DNA of 64,000 nucleotides from Microcoleus sp. (GTDB lineage: Bacteria > Cyanobacteriota > Cyanobacteriia > Cyanobacteriales > Microcoleaceae), in assembly GCA_042408215.1 (NCBI GenBank), contig JAYFMW010000020.1, positions 352,001 through 416,000 on the forward strand. The letters are read 5' to 3'. The notes beneath the pieces were generated by a model. That model had not been told where the DNA came from. It did no database searches and saw only the letters and a program-made list of their open reading frames with translations. Below are positions 10,937 through 22,160 of this stretch, in pieces. The first letter of the stretch is position 1, and every line of letters starts with the position of its first letter. A program made the position numbers and the translations under genes.

Positions 10937-11357
10937 GTTTTTTCTCTTAGGTATTGTTGACTAAGTAAATTTATTTAACCCAATTGCGTATTGATTACGC
11001 ATTGCTTGTAAGTAGGTATGCACCCATACTAAGCGTTACTTTTGGGCGTGGCTAGATGTTTTTCAAAGTTTTATAATGTTAAAGTATGTAACATATGAGT
11101 ATTGTAAATACTTCAAATGTATTTTTGGATTAAACTGTGAAATTCGCTTAACAATTAATTTTATTCAGTATTATTACCGAATAAGCTGTAATATTAAGTA
11201 ATATACTTTTACAATACTTAATGCATAAACTCAGTATAACTACTTAAGTAAAATTCCTCAATAAGTTAAAATTATAGTTAGAACGGAAGCCAATCAAGCA
11301 GTTAACTTCACACAAGCTTTACAATATGATGAAATCTAAGTATTTCAACGGTGAAAA

Positions 11358-12152
11358 ATGGCGATCGACATGGGACGATATTTGCACGTAGTGAAACTGT
11401 TCTGGGGTGCGGCGATTTCGGCAGAGATCGAATACCGAATAAACTTTCTATTGGCGGCCCTCAGCAGCCTCGGAAACCTTGCTGGCAGCCTGTTTGGACT
11501 GTTTCTGTTCTATCGCACTGGTTACACGTTTTCTGGGTGGACATGGGAAGAAGCCTTAGTTGTACTGGGTATTTTCACGATTTTGCAGGGCTTTTCGTCA
11601 ACGTTTCTAGCACCTAATCTCAGCCGTATTGTCGATCGCGTGCAACAAGGAACTCTCGATTTTGTCCTCCTAAAACCCATTAATTCTCAATTCTGGCTGT
11701 CTGCAAATACAGTTTCTCCTTGGGGAATGCCAGATTTAATCTTCGGTATGGTATTGTTGCTGTATGCTGCTAACAAATTAGGAGTACAAATCAGCAACTA
11801 TTTCCTAACTGCAATACCGCTGTTATTTGGCATGGTGAGTCTTTATAGTATCTGGTTTATGTTAGGTGCAACCAGCATTTGGTTTGTCAAGATTTATAAT
11901 GTTACTGAAGTGCTCAGAGGATTGTTAGAAGCGGGTAGATTTCCAATGGCTGCTTATCCCGCAGCTTACCGATTTTTCTTTACCTTCATAGTCCCGGTTG
12001 CTTTCTTGACCACAGTACCGGCAGAAGCAATGCTAGGTAGAGGTGATATACTTTGGATAGCAGGGGCGGGAATTTTGGCGATCGCACTTTTGTTCGCTTC
12101 CCGCTACTTCTGGCAATTTGCTCTCCGATTTTACACCAGCGCTTCCAGTTAG
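11358..12152 (+). CDS. ABC-2 family transporter permease (DUF990-like)
   Basis: EYRINF, GTLDFVLLKP, multiple TM helices, YTSASS terminus. Confidence 0.85.
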   Translation: MAIDMGRYLHVVKLFWGAAISAEIEYRINFLLAALSSLGNLAGSLFGLFLFYRTGYTFSGWTWEEALVVLGIFTILQGFSSTFLAPNLSRIVDRVQQGTLDFVLLKPINSQFWLSANTVSPWGMPDLIFGMVLLLYAANKLGVQISNYFLTAIPLLFGMVSLYSIWFMLGATSIWFVKIYNVTEVLRGLLEAGRFPMAAYPAAYRFFFTFIVPVAFLTTVPAEAMLGRGDILWIAGAGILAIALLFASRYFWQFALRFYTSASS

Positions 12153-12434
12153 TTATAGCAGAAGGAAGTTCGGCAACGGATTATGTAACGGATGTAACGG
12201 ATGGATGGAATACAGAAGTTGGAAGGAAGAAGGAAGAATATCGATGTGAAAATGCAATTCTGGTATTCGTTTTGGTGATGGATAACGTCCTCGCCGTCGA
12301 GCAGGTTGCTATATATAATTGATAGCAGTTGATGGTTGACATTTGACGGTTGATTGTTATATAATAAAATCACATTCTTTTAAATTAGTATAGCAATCTC
12401 GACTTGAAATCAAAAATCAAAATAAGGCAAACCA

Positions 12435-13298
12435 ATGAAAAACAAAAAACTCGGAAACACTAATTTTAATATCAGCGCAATTGGTCTGGGAGGAATGCCA
12501 CTGTCCTTGAGCGGTCGGCCGACAGAATCTCAATCAATTGCAGTAATTCACCGCGCCCTCGATTTGGGCGTGACACTAATTGACACGGCAGATTCCTACT
12601 GTCAAGATGAATCCGACAAACACCATAATGAGGAACTGATTGCTAAAGCTTTACAACAGTATACTGGAGATATTAGAGCTGTCACCGTTGCTACAAAAGG
12701 CGGCTTAATGCGGCCTCAAGGTGCGTGGACGCGCAACGGTAATCCCCACCATTTGCGCAAGACAATTCGCGAAAGTTTTGAAGCCTTGGGCGGCCAAAAA
12801 CCGATCGACCTTTGGCAATATCACTCCCCCGATCCCAGTTATACCATCGAAGCAGCCCTGGCACCGGCAAAAGAAGCTGTAGAAGCAGGAATGATTCGAT
12901 TTATTGGAGTTTCCAACTTTTCTGTAGAACAAATCAAACGTGCCCGTGATACAGTAGAAATTGTCTCTGTTCAGAATCAATATAATCCTTGGCACAGAGA
13001 GCCAGAATCAGACGGCGTGCTGGAATATTGCGAAGCCGAAAAACTGACATTTTTTCCTTGGAGCCCTTTGGGAGGAAGTCGCCGGGCCACAAGTTTGCAA
13101 GATGTGCCGGCGATCGCGAAATTAGCCGCCGAAAAAAATGTCTCAGTTTACTGTATAGTATTAGCTTGGTTGATGGCAAAATCCCCCTGTGTCGTTCCGA
13201 TTCCCGGTGCGACAAAAGTATCGAGTATTGAAGACTCTTTGCGGGCGATCGAAGTTAAATTGACTGACGAGGATTTGCAACAAATCTCATTAAGTTAA
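12435..13298 (+). CDS. Aldo/keto reductase
   Basis: IGLGGM, IDTADSY, IGVSNF, VQNQYN, PIPGAT. Confidence 0.93.
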   Translation: MKNKKLGNTNFNISAIGLGGMPLSLSGRPTESQSIAVIHRALDLGVTLIDTADSYCQDESDKHHNEELIAKALQQYTGDIRAVTVATKGGLMRPQGAWTRNGNPHHLRKTIRESFEALGGQKPIDLWQYHSPDPSYTIEAALAPAKEAVEAGMIRFIGVSNFSVEQIKRARDTVEIVSVQNQYNPWHREPESDGVLEYCEAEKLTFFPWSPLGGSRRATSLQDVPAIAKLAAEKNVSVYCIVLAWLMAKSPCVVPIPGATKVSSIEDSLRAIEVKLTDEDLQQISLS

Positions 13299-13447
13299 GT
13301 AGATAAGGGTCACAAAAACAGTAGAACAGGCAAGATGCATGTTCCACAAAGAGAACTTTATTTTGGGGAGTAGGGGTTGGGCATCTTGGCCACCCTTGAA
13401 AGTGGGATTAATGAGTAAAGTTGACATTTTTTGAGGAATTGAATTTA

Positions 13448-14125
13448 ATGGAAGCCAATCAAGTGAATGCCGATCGAGACGTAGCAATTGAACATCAAAA
13501 CGTACCAGTCGCCCATGAAGGACTGCACAACTTTTTATACAGTTCCGACTCAGAACACAGCGCAGCAGCGACTATTTCTGAATTAGAAAATGACGGCACG
13601 CAAGTAATGTCGATCGATACATGGCGCGATTTGGCAACTAACGCGAAAGTCGCCGGCGTTTATGCTGTAATCGACAATTTCCATCAAACTCAGTATATAG
13701 GTTATTCGCGAAATATCCTGCTTTCTATCAACGGTCATATCGCCCAAAATGGCGTCGAAAATTGTGCATTCCTGCGGGTGCAAACTTTTAAATTTCCGAA
13801 GCGGGAAGAAATGGAAAATTTGCGCGATACGTGGATTGCAGCACTCGGCAGCATTCCCCCTGGAAACGGCGCTGAGAGCGAAATGTGGGCGATTACGGTA
13901 GGTCAAGCCGCGCGCGCTGCTATGTCTGCTGAGGAACAAAAAGCTTATGAAGAAAAGAAGCTGAAACTGCGCAAAGCAATGGCCGATTCCACTCTTACCA
14001 AAGAGTTAGAAACAGCCGCCAAAAGTGATGGCGAACGCGCTAAGGATTTGGAAGCTGCTGTTAACAATGATGACTGGAGTGCGGTGATTCACTCGCAAAC
14101 TCAGGAAACAAAGTCCGGTTCCTAA
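13448..14125 (+). CDS. GIY-YIG domain-containing protein
   Basis: GVYAV...QYIGYSRN motif, PPGN. Confidence 0.7.
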   Translation: MEANQVNADRDVAIEHQNVPVAHEGLHNFLYSSDSEHSAAATISELENDGTQVMSIDTWRDLATNAKVAGVYAVIDNFHQTQYIGYSRNILLSINGHIAQNGVENCAFLRVQTFKFPKREEMENLRDTWIAALGSIPPGNGAESEMWAITVGQAARAAMSAEEQKAYEEKKLKLRKAMADSTLTKELETAAKSDGERAKDLEAAVNNDDWSAVIHSQTQETKSGS

Positions 14126-14272
14126 ATCTGAAAAATGTTTGTAGTGCTGATATCTTGTACTATTTTTAGAACGGGCCGGAGAGCCAGTTCCACAATACAT
14201 CAATTTTATTGTGGGGCGTTGCTCCTAGCCCGCCCAAAAGACTCAATCTTAATCCTCAACAACTGATCGGGA

Positions 14273-15127
14273 TTAATGACTAATTTTCCGCTCTTGAATT
14301 AAAGTCAAACTCACCCATTCACCCCGATCGTTATAACTGCGAATCATCCGAAACCGCAAGTCAGGTTCAACCAGCCAGCCAGCCTCGAAAAATACAGGTT
14401 TTCTGAGTTCAACTTTGACTGGTATTGTGCAAGAACCTCCATCAGGAAGCAGCAAAACTTGCACCGGCACTGAACCTTCATTAAAATTAATAATCGAACC
14501 GTCAATGCGGGCCCTAGAACTGATAATCTTAGCATCAGCATTAGTGCCAAAAGTAATTTTATGCAGTAGGCGATCGGCTCCATCCAAATGTAACTGTAAA
14601 TTGGTAGAATAGGAATCAGGATGACGCCAATCTGGATAAATTGTCACCGCTTCGCCCTGCCATTCTCCCAGTAAAGCCTCAACAGTTAAAGGTGGACGTT
14701 CGGGGACATTTTGAGCCGGCTGTTTTTCCCGAATCAGGGTAATTGTTGATAAATTCCCATCGGTATTGTACAACTGAAGGAACCGCAAGCGGCGATAATT
14801 GTAGATAAAACCAAACTCGGCGCCGCACTCAGAATAAGGCGCTATTTGAATAGTACCTTGACAAAAAGCTCCATTCTCAAAAAATAGGATATCCCGTCCC
14901 AAACTTTGATATTCTCGAACAAGTTCGCTAACTTCCGGTTCGCCGACACCGCTAGGATTTGGGGAAAAGCGGCGGAGTTTCAAGCGCACAGTTTTGTGAT
15001 TATTGAGACTTTCGAGAGCAATAATACTAGGAGTATCTTGAAGTACCTCTCCCCTGGGCGATAACTGAGTAAAGGAACCGTGCCATTCTCCAAGATTTTG
15101 TAGAAAGTTTTCCCATTGCGATCCCAT
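14273..15127 (-). CDS. DUF3598 family protein
   Basis: QWENFLQNLGEWHGSF N-terminus, duplicated GEW.G motif. Confidence 0.8.
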   Translation of the reverse strand: MGSQWENFLQNLGEWHGSFTQLSPRGEVLQDTPSIIALESLNNHKTVRLKLRRFSPNPSGVGEPEVSELVREYQSLGRDILFFENGAFCQGTIQIAPYSECGAEFGFIYNYRRLRFLQLYNTDGNLSTITLIREKQPAQNVPERPPLTVEALLGEWQGEAVTIYPDWRHPDSYSTNLQLHLDGADRLLHKITFGTNADAKIISSRARIDGSIINFNEGSVPVQVLLLPDGGSCTIPVKVELRKPVFFEAGWLVEPDLRFRMIRSYNDRGEWVSLTLIQERKISH

Positions 15128-15219
15128 ATTTTTACCTCTGAATATATAGTACATTCAATATCCCCGTAGGGACACGGCATTGCCGTGTCCCTACCTCTTA
15201 CATACCCGAAAAATGCTAT

Positions 15220-16029
15220 ATGTCTAAAAATAGAATTATAACTCTGCTTACGGATTTTGGATTAAGCGATGTTTATGTTGGAGTGATGAAAGGTGCGATC
15301 GCCCAAATCAACCCTGAACTCAAAGTTATTGACATTACGCACCAAATACCCCCTCAAAATATTGCAGCGGGGAGGTTTTGTTTGATGAATGCTGTTGCTT
15401 ATTTTCCGCCGGAAACGGTACACATTGCGGTAGTCGATCCGGGTGTGGGGAGTAGCAGAAGGGCGATCGCGATTCAATGTGCTCATTGCTTCCTTGTCGG
15501 GCCCGATAACGGGTTGTTTAGCGGGGTGTTGAGTCGGGAAAGGGCGATCGCATCTGTCGAACTCACCAACCCCAAATACTGGCGCACACCTCAACCCAGC
15601 AGCACTTTCCACGGTCGAGATATTTTCGCTGCTGCGGGTGCTCATTTGGCGAATGGGGTGGCTTTGGAAGACTTGGGAGAGGCGATCGACCTTGCAAGTT
15701 TAGTGCGATTACAGATACCAAATTGTGCCGTTACAGCCACAGGTATAGAAGGCTGCATCCAATATTGCGATCGGTTTGGCAATCTAATTACTAATATCCC
15801 AGAACATTGCATTAAAAGCAACAATTGGTCAGTAAAAATTAATCATATTTCTGATGCAATTACCATAGCCAGCGGCCAAACCTACAGCGACAGCAAACCG
15901 GGGGATTTAATTGCGATCGTAGGTTCCGAAGGCTGGGTAGAGATTTCTGTAAACGGCGGTAGCGCTCAATTTGTGTTAAAAGTGGAGTCTGGGGCGATCG
16001 TGCAATTGCTTTTTGAATTCAACAATTAA
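15220..16029 (+). CDS. SAM hydroxide adenosyltransferase / SAM-dependent halogenase family (DUF62)
   Basis: TLLTDFG, VVDPGVGS, GPDNG, TFHGRDIF, DRFGN. Confidence 0.92.
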   Translation: MSKNRIITLLTDFGLSDVYVGVMKGAIAQINPELKVIDITHQIPPQNIAAGRFCLMNAVAYFPPETVHIAVVDPGVGSSRRAIAIQCAHCFLVGPDNGLFSGVLSRERAIASVELTNPKYWRTPQPSSTFHGRDIFAAAGAHLANGVALEDLGEAIDLASLVRLQIPNCAVTATGIEGCIQYCDRFGNLITNIPEHCIKSNNWSVKINHISDAITIASGQTYSDSKPGDLIAIVGSEGWVEISVNGGSAQFVLKVESGAIVQLLFEFNN

Positions 16030-16031
16030 AT

Positions 16032-16418
16032 AGAACTTACACATGGGCGATCGGAAACCGGGTTTTTTACGAAAATATTTGGTTGTAGCCAGCAGATTAG
16101 ATGAAAAACCCGGTTTCTTTGGGGAAGTGGACGCATGGGTGCTCAGAAACCGGGTTTTTTACGAAAATATTGTGTTGTAGCCAGCAGATTAGATGAAAAA
16201 CCCGGTTTCTTTGGGGAAGTGGACGCATGGGTGCTCAGAAACCGGGTTTTTTACGAAAATATTGTGTTGTAGCCAGCAGATTAGATGAAAAACCCGGTTT
16301 CTTTGGGGAAGTGGACGGATGGGTGCTCAGAAACCGGGTTTTTTACGAAAATATTTTGTTGTAGCCAGCAGATTAGATGAAAAACCCGGTTTCTTTTTTG
16401 GCGGAGTGCGTAAATCAT
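16032..16418. repeat. 92-bp tandem array (3 full + 1 partial palindromic units) inside degenerate GACTTACGCA-type ends
   Basis: Units start at 16054, 16146, 16238 and 16330; ends AGAACTTACACA / TGCGTAAATCAT. Confidence 0.82.
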
Positions 16419-16513
16419 AACTTTTCCCATGAATTACTCTCCCTACAAAATCCACAACTGTTTGGCGATATTCATCATTATTAAAAAAATAAAAACTCGA
16501 CGACTTAGCCAAA

Positions 16514-17518
16514 TTAAAAACAATAATTATTCACTTCAAAAAGTAGCCTATTTTGAGGTAAAATCAATCCCGATGCTTCCTCAGTTAACAATTTGTTGTA
16601 TATTGTATCCGCTTGCCAAAAAGATTCTTGAGGCAAAAATCTAAATATTGATGCAGCAACATATTGTTTTTCCTTTTCAAAACTTATCCAGTTTCTTGAT
16701 AATTCTTCTGCTGCATGACCCGTAGTATTAGAACCAGAAAAAATATCTACTACCAAGTCTCCCGGTTCAGTAAGAAAATTTATAAAAAATGACGGTAATC
16801 TTTGGGGAAAACGTGCTGGATGCACCTTAACATTAAACTCTTTACACCAACGCAAGTATTGAGAATTACTTTCCGAATTAGCAATCTCTAGCAAATTAGA
16901 TGGAATAGCACCTCCATTATCTTTGGCAAATCGATCGCTAATATTGTGACCGGAAGGACGTTCTTTGGGCGTGTAAAATTCATCAGCATTTTTCAAAAGT
17001 TTTTTCATTCTCTCAGAATACTCTACTTTGACTTTAGTAATATTCGCTTGAGGGTGATTCGTTTTGGAAAGCCACCAAACAGTATTCACAGAATCTTTAG
17101 CCCGGATTTTCTGTTTATTCACCCACTCTATAGGAGATGGAAGTTTTGAAGGATTAAACCAGAAAAACTCTTGAGCAAGTTTAAATTCATATTCGTCACA
17201 TAACCTAATAAGTACGCGGTAATTGTACAGCGATCGTACAGGTATTCCTTTTTGATAAGCACCTCCAAGGTCTATAACAAAACTTCCAGTATCCTTGAGA
17301 ACTCTTTTAATTTCAGGAGCAAAGCCCAGCAGCCAATCAACATATAAATCTTGATCTTCATTTCCATAACTCTTTTTGCGTTGCAATGCAAAAGGAGGGG
17401 ATGTAATCACCAAATCTACAGAATTGCTAGCAAGATTTTTCAGGAGATTAAGAGAATCTCCCAAATAAGATTGACCGTATTTGGTGGTGTAAATTGGGGC
17501 GGATAAAATGTTACTCAT
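16514..17518 (-). CDS. N4-cytosine DNA methyltransferase, beta class, M.PvuII-like; orphan
   Basis: TSPPF (motif IV), FNPSKLPSPIEWVNK, HPARFP, DIFSGSNTTG (motif I); AT-rich; no adjacent endonuclease. Confidence 0.9.
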   Translation of the reverse strand: MSNILSAPIYTTKYGQSYLGDSLNLLKNLASNSVDLVITSPPFALQRKKSYGNEDQDLYVDWLLGFAPEIKRVLKDTGSFVIDLGGAYQKGIPVRSLYNYRVLIRLCDEYEFKLAQEFFWFNPSKLPSPIEWVNKQKIRAKDSVNTVWWLSKTNHPQANITKVKVEYSERMKKLLKNADEFYTPKERPSGHNISDRFAKDNGGAIPSNLLEIANSESNSQYLRWCKEFNVKVHPARFPQRLPSFFINFLTEPGDLVVDIFSGSNTTGHAAEELSRNWISFEKEKQYVAASIFRFLPQESFWQADTIYNKLLTEEASGLILPQNRLLFEVNNYCF

Positions 17519-17665
17519 GTGTAATAATGACGCACTTAATAATCCTAAAATCCCCTTGAAGTTAGTTAGACGGGGGAAACTTGTCTACTCAGATAGTCAA
17601 CAATAGCCCTCCGCCAACAACTTTGATTTTGAGAATTAGCTTATGTATAGAGTCTATAAGTGTGC

Positions 17666-18002
17666 TATAGAATTTCTCAGTTGAGTGAAGTACAGATGTC
17701 CGGTAGGGACACTCAAGCGTGCCCATTGGTGTCAACTTAAGCCTGAAACCCTTGGTATCTCTCGCTTTTACCTAAGTCTAGATCCCCCTAAATCCCCCTT
17801 AAGAAGGGGAGTAGGGGTTGACTTTGATCGAACTCTTATCCCCCCCTTCTTAAGGGGGAGTAGGGGGCAAGCTAAGGGGGGATCTAGGCTTAATGGTCAA
17901 ACAGCAATCTGTGACTGGGTTTAACGTTAAGTTGACACCTATGGGCTCCTGGAGTGTCCCTACAGCCGTCTGCTATATTTCATCTATTTGAGAAACGCTA
18001 TA
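17666..18002. mobile_element. Nested repeat element (TA-MITE > REP > TIR-MITE > palindromic C/G-run repeat)
   Basis: TATAG..CTATA ends; GTAGGGACAC 17703 / GTGTCCCTAC 17963; CATTGGTGTCAACTTAA 17724 / TTAAGTTGACACCTATG 17943. Confidence 0.75.
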
Positions 18003-18021
18003 TACCTATCAGCAGTTACAC

Positions 18022-20619
18022 TCAAGCTACCACGAAATTAACCAACTTTCCAGGCACCACAATCACCTTTTTAATCTCCTTACCCTCAAGGTGACGCTTA
18101 GCAAGTTCCGACTCACGAGCGTACTTTTCCAAAGCAACTTTATCGGCAGCAGAAGGCACTTGAATTGTGCCGCGAGTTTTCCCCATAACTTGAATTACCA
18201 GCGTAATTTCATCGGTAATTAATGCTGATGGATCTACAATTGGCCAACTTTGCGTGTGCACGGATTCACTGTTACCAATTAACTGCCACAACTCATCAGC
18301 AATGTGTGGTGAAAAAGGCGCTAATAGCAAAATCAAAGTATTGATTCCTTCTGCATAAATCGGCGAATTTTTACATTTAGCATCAGTCAAAGCATTGCTG
18401 AGTTTCATCATTTCAGAAACAGCAGTATTGAACTGATAATCGCCCGCCAAATCTTCGCTCACTTCCTTAATTGCAATGTGAATCGCCCGCCGCAAATCCT
18501 GCTCAGGTTTACTTAATACCTCTTTCTCCCCCCCTTGGGAAGGCGTGGCAGACGGGAAATTATCTTTCTCCCCCCCTTGGCAAGGGGGGGTTGGGGGGGG
18601 TGAAGCAAATTCTGTCACCAGCCGCCAAACGCGATTTAAAAAGCGAAATTGCCCTTCTACATCAGCGTCATCCCACTCCAAATCTTTCTCAGGCGGCGCT
18701 TTAAATAAAATAAACATCCGCGCCGTATCTACCCCATATTTTTCCATAACTTGTAAGGGGTCAACACCATTGTATTTTGATTTAGACATCTTCTCATAGA
18801 AGACTTCTAAAGCTTCCCCAGTTTCAGGATCTTTTGGATTAGCCACATCTACTTCTGCCGAAGGAACGTATTTGCCAGTAACGGGATTTTTGTAGGCCAT
18901 TGCTTGCACCATGCCTTGAGTTAATAGGCGCTTAAATGGTTCGTCGCAATTGATCAAACCCCGATCGCGCAAAACCTTAGTAAAGAACCGCGAATACAAT
19001 AAGTGCAAGATTGCGTGTTCGATTCCGCCGACATATTGATCCACGGGCATCCAATCATTGATTTTCGCCGTGTCAAATACTTGCTCCTCATTCCTAGCAT
19101 CGGGATAGCGCAAGAAATACCACGAAGAATCGATAAAAGTATCCATCGTATCTGTTTCTCGCTTCGCCGGAGTGCCACAACTCGGACAAGGAACATTTAC
19201 CCAATCTTCCATCTTGGCTAAAGGCGAACCTTTGCCCGTAAATTCCACATTTTCCGGCAACAATACGGGCAAATCTGATGCGGGTACGGGTACTGTTCCG
19301 CAGTTGGGACAGTGAATAACGGGAATGGGAGCGCCCCAATAACGCTGTCTAGAAATTAACCAATCTCTCAAGCGATATTGGACTCGCGCTTTGCCGCAAC
19401 CTGCATTTTCGGCATATCTAATAATCGCTGCTTTGCCTTTAATTGAATCCATGCCGTTGAAGCTTTCAGAATTAATCATAATTCCTGGTTCTGTGTAAGC
19501 TTCGGTCAACGGCCACTCATCATCATCTACAATTACTACTTTAATTGGCAACTGATTTTGATTGGCAAATTGGAAATCTCGCGTGTCGTGGGCGGGTACT
19601 CCCATCACTGCGCCGGTGCCATATTCGTACAGTACATAATCGGCAATCCAAATGGGAATTTCTTCGCCGTTGAAAGGATTGATTGCTTTGCCGCCTGTGG
19701 GAATGCCGCGCTTGGGTTTGTCTTCTGCTGTGCGATCGATTTCGCTTTGGGCGGAGACTTCTTTAGCAAAGGTTTCGACGGCCGCTTTTCTGTCAGGTGT
19801 AGTAACGCGATTAGTTAATGGATGTTCCGGTGCTAAAACAAGATAACTAACGCCATAAACTGTGTCGGGGCGAGTGGTGAAAACAGCGATTTTTTCATCC
19901 ATCCCGACAATGGGAAATTCCAAGTAAGCACCGACTGATTTGCCGATCCAATTTGCTTGCATTAATTTGACTCTTTCAGGCCAATCTGGCAATTTGTCTA
20001 AGTCAGTTAATAACTGTTCGGCATAATCGGTAATTTTGAGGAACCATTGCCGCAATAATTTGCGTTCGACTTGGGCACCGGAACGCCAGGAACGACCTTC
20101 GTTATCGACTTGTTCGTTTGCTAAGACTGTTTGGTCGATGGGGTCCCAATTAACTGCGGCTTCTTTTTGATATGCTAATCCTGCTTCTAAAAATTCCAAG
20201 AAAATCCATTGAGTCCACCGATAATAATCGGGAGAACAAGTTGTAACTTCTTTTGTCCAATCAAAGGAAATACCCAAACGCTGAAATAAGCCTTTCATTT
20301 GGGCAATATTTTGATCGGTCCATTGTGCCGGCGGAATTCCTCGCTCGATGGCGGCATTTTCTGCCGGCAAACCAAAAGCGTCCCATCCCATCGGATTCAA
20401 TACCTGATAGCCTTGCATTCGCTTGAGTCTGGCAATTACATCAATAATTGTGTAGTTGCGGACATGGCCCATGTGCAGGCTTCCCGACGGATAGGGGAAC
20501 ATGGATAAGGCATAAAATTTAGGTCGATCGCTCTTTTCTGGCATTTGGTCTAAGTTTTGCTCAGCCCATGTCTGTTGCCATTTTTCTTCTATGGATTGGG
20601 GGTTGTATTTGGAGTCCAC
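18022..20619 (-). CDS. leuS: Leucine--tRNA ligase
   Basis: [31 protein letters not shown] start with AGGAG RBS. Confidence 0.98.
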   Translation of the reverse strand: MDSKYNPQSIEEKWQQTWAEQNLDQMPEKSDRPKFYALSMFPYPSGSLHMGHVRNYTIIDVIARLKRMQGYQVLNPMGWDAFGLPAENAAIERGIPPAQWTDQNIAQMKGLFQRLGISFDWTKEVTTCSPDYYRWTQWIFLEFLEAGLAYQKEAAVNWDPIDQTVLANEQVDNEGRSWRSGAQVERKLLRQWFLKITDYAEQLLTDLDKLPDWPERVKLMQANWIGKSVGAYLEFPIVGMDEKIAVFTTRPDTVYGVSYLVLAPEHPLTNRVTTPDRKAAVETFAKEVSAQSEIDRTAEDKPKRGIPTGGKAINPFNGEEIPIWIADYVLYEYGTGAVMGVPAHDTRDFQFANQNQLPIKVVIVDDDEWPLTEAYTEPGIMINSESFNGMDSIKGKAAIIRYAENAGCGKARVQYRLRDWLISRQRYWGAPIPVIHCPNCGTVPVPASDLPVLLPENVEFTGKGSPLAKMEDWVNVPCPSCGTPAKRETDTMDTFIDSSWYFLRYPDARNEEQVFDTAKINDWMPVDQYVGGIEHAILHLLYSRFFTKVLRDRGLINCDEPFKRLLTQGMVQAMAYKNPVTGKYVPSAEVDVANPKDPETGEALEVFYEKMSKSKYNGVDPLQVMEKYGVDTARMFILFKAPPEKDLEWDDADVEGQFRFLNRVWRLVTEFASPPPTPPCQGGEKDNFPSATPSQGGEKEVLSKPEQDLRRAIHIAIKEVSEDLAGDYQFNTAVSEMMKLSNALTDAKCKNSPIYAEGINTLILLLAPFSPHIADELWQLIGNSESVHTQSWPIVDPSALITDEITLVIQVMGKTRGTIQVPSAADKVALEKYARESELAKRHLEGKEIKKVIVVPGKLVNFVVA

Positions 20620-20804
20620 AACAATTTCTCCTTGTAAGATTTACTAATGTTTGCTTGAACATTTTTGCACATTCAAGGGGCCTCGATTCGGATTTTTCTG
20701 AGCTCCAAGGATTTTGGCTCAAATATCTGTATTATTTATTGTAGTATATGTAATTTGAGTTGGGGGGCGATCGGCAAAATCTCCCATTCGCCCTGAAAAG
20801 AATC

Positions 20805-21026
20805 AGACTTACGCACGGGTGGTCAGGGTTTCGACACTTCGAATTCGCGGTGGTAGGCGCGTGCGAAGCGTCGCACGCTCGCGTAGCCGAAGTGTCGAAC
20901 CATTCCCGATCCCAACGACTGCGTTGATCCGCTCGCGTAGTCGAAGGGTTCAGGGGAACCGTGGAGGTTGAGCGTAGTCGAAACCAAGTCGAAACCCGGT
21001 TTCTTTGGTCTTGATGCGTAAGTCCT
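20805..21026. repeat. GACTTACGCA...TGCGTAAGTCC-bounded element with internal TTCGACACTTCG hairpin
   Basis: Inverted ends and internal inverted repeat visible. Confidence 0.6.
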
Positions 21027-21101
21027 AAAAAGAATAAATAACCGCAATCCCCAGAAACCCGATTTTTTTGAAAAACCAGGTTTCTTAGCATTTATTATGG
21101 C

Positions 21102-21803
21102 TTAAATGCTATCTGGATCGATGTTCAATTCGCGCAGTTTAGCGGCTAAACGTTCAGCCCTTTGATCTGCTTGTTCTGCTCTTTGATCTGCTTGTTCAGC
21201 TCTTTGATATTCTTGTTGTAGGCGCTGGCGATCTAATAACCGCTGTTCTTCCAATTCCCCATAGGAAAGAAACTTTTCTCCATCAGGTCGATAAATTTCT
21301 AACCCATCTTCTCCCAACTCAAATCGCACACCCAATCTCGGACTGATCCATCCCTCCATCGGCTCAATTACTTCTAAAATTCCCTCAATTCTTTGCCAAC
21401 CTTCCAACTCATTTTTTTCGGGATCGTAAAGGTAATATTCCTCAACTCCATGACGGTGGTAAAATGAAAGTTTCTTATTCATTTTAGTTTGGCGGTCGTT
21501 ATGGGACCGAATCTCAAAGACGACTTGAGGAGCAATATTATCCTCTCGATATTGTATGTAGGAAAGGCGATCGCCCTTTGGCCTCCCAAACACCACCATC
21601 GTATCAGGTGCTTGAGAAATATCTATTCTCCCCTCAACGGGATACCAGAGTAAATCGGCGGCTACAAAAACGTTTGGGTCATTCTTAAACAGCGATTCGC
21701 AGCCTTCTTTAATTTTGACAATTAATTTGTATTGAATGGTGCTTTCTGCCATTGGTTGACCGTCGCTGGAAGGATAAATGATTTCTGCGGTTGTGACTTG
21801 CAT
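21102..21803 (-). CDS. Uma2 family endonuclease (DUF820) with QRAE-repeat tail
   Basis: YPSSDGQPMAE, APD, PQVVFEI, GVEEYYLYDP. Confidence 0.9.
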   Translation of the reverse strand: MQVTTAEIIYPSSDGQPMAESTIQYKLIVKIKEGCESLFKNDPNVFVAADLLWYPVEGRIDISQAPDTMVVFGRPKGDRLSYIQYREDNIAPQVVFEIRSHNDRQTKMNKKLSFYHRHGVEEYYLYDPEKNELEGWQRIEGILEVIEPMEGWISPRLGVRFELGEDGLEIYRPDGEKFLSYGELEEQRLLDRQRLQQEYQRAEQADQRAEQADQRAERLAAKLRELNIDPDSI

Positions 21804-22160
21804 AGTGGTTGTCTCCGAGAAGTATCTGGGTTTAATTATAGTATTTTATGCTCGTCATCGGGTGGGGGCGGGTTTACGAGATTGTTGGTTTCAGGCAATT
21901 ATTGTTGGTGAAACCCGCCCCTACATAGATATTGTTCAATCAGCTATTTATCATTGGTAATTCATAAATTTGTAGGGGCGGGTTTTACAAACCATCTATG
22001 TTTAAAATTAAGTATCTCGTAAACCCGCCCCCACCCAAGGAAAAATATATCACTCCCCTACCGACCAAAGAAACCGGGTTTTTCACTCCTTAAAGGCTGA
22101 GATACAATATTTTCGTAAAAAACCCGGTTTCTGGGCACCCATGCGTAAGTCCTATGTTAG

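Noticed and set aside
16054..16395. CRISPR-like 92-bp periodic array
   Set aside because: Units are essentially identical, with no unique spacers
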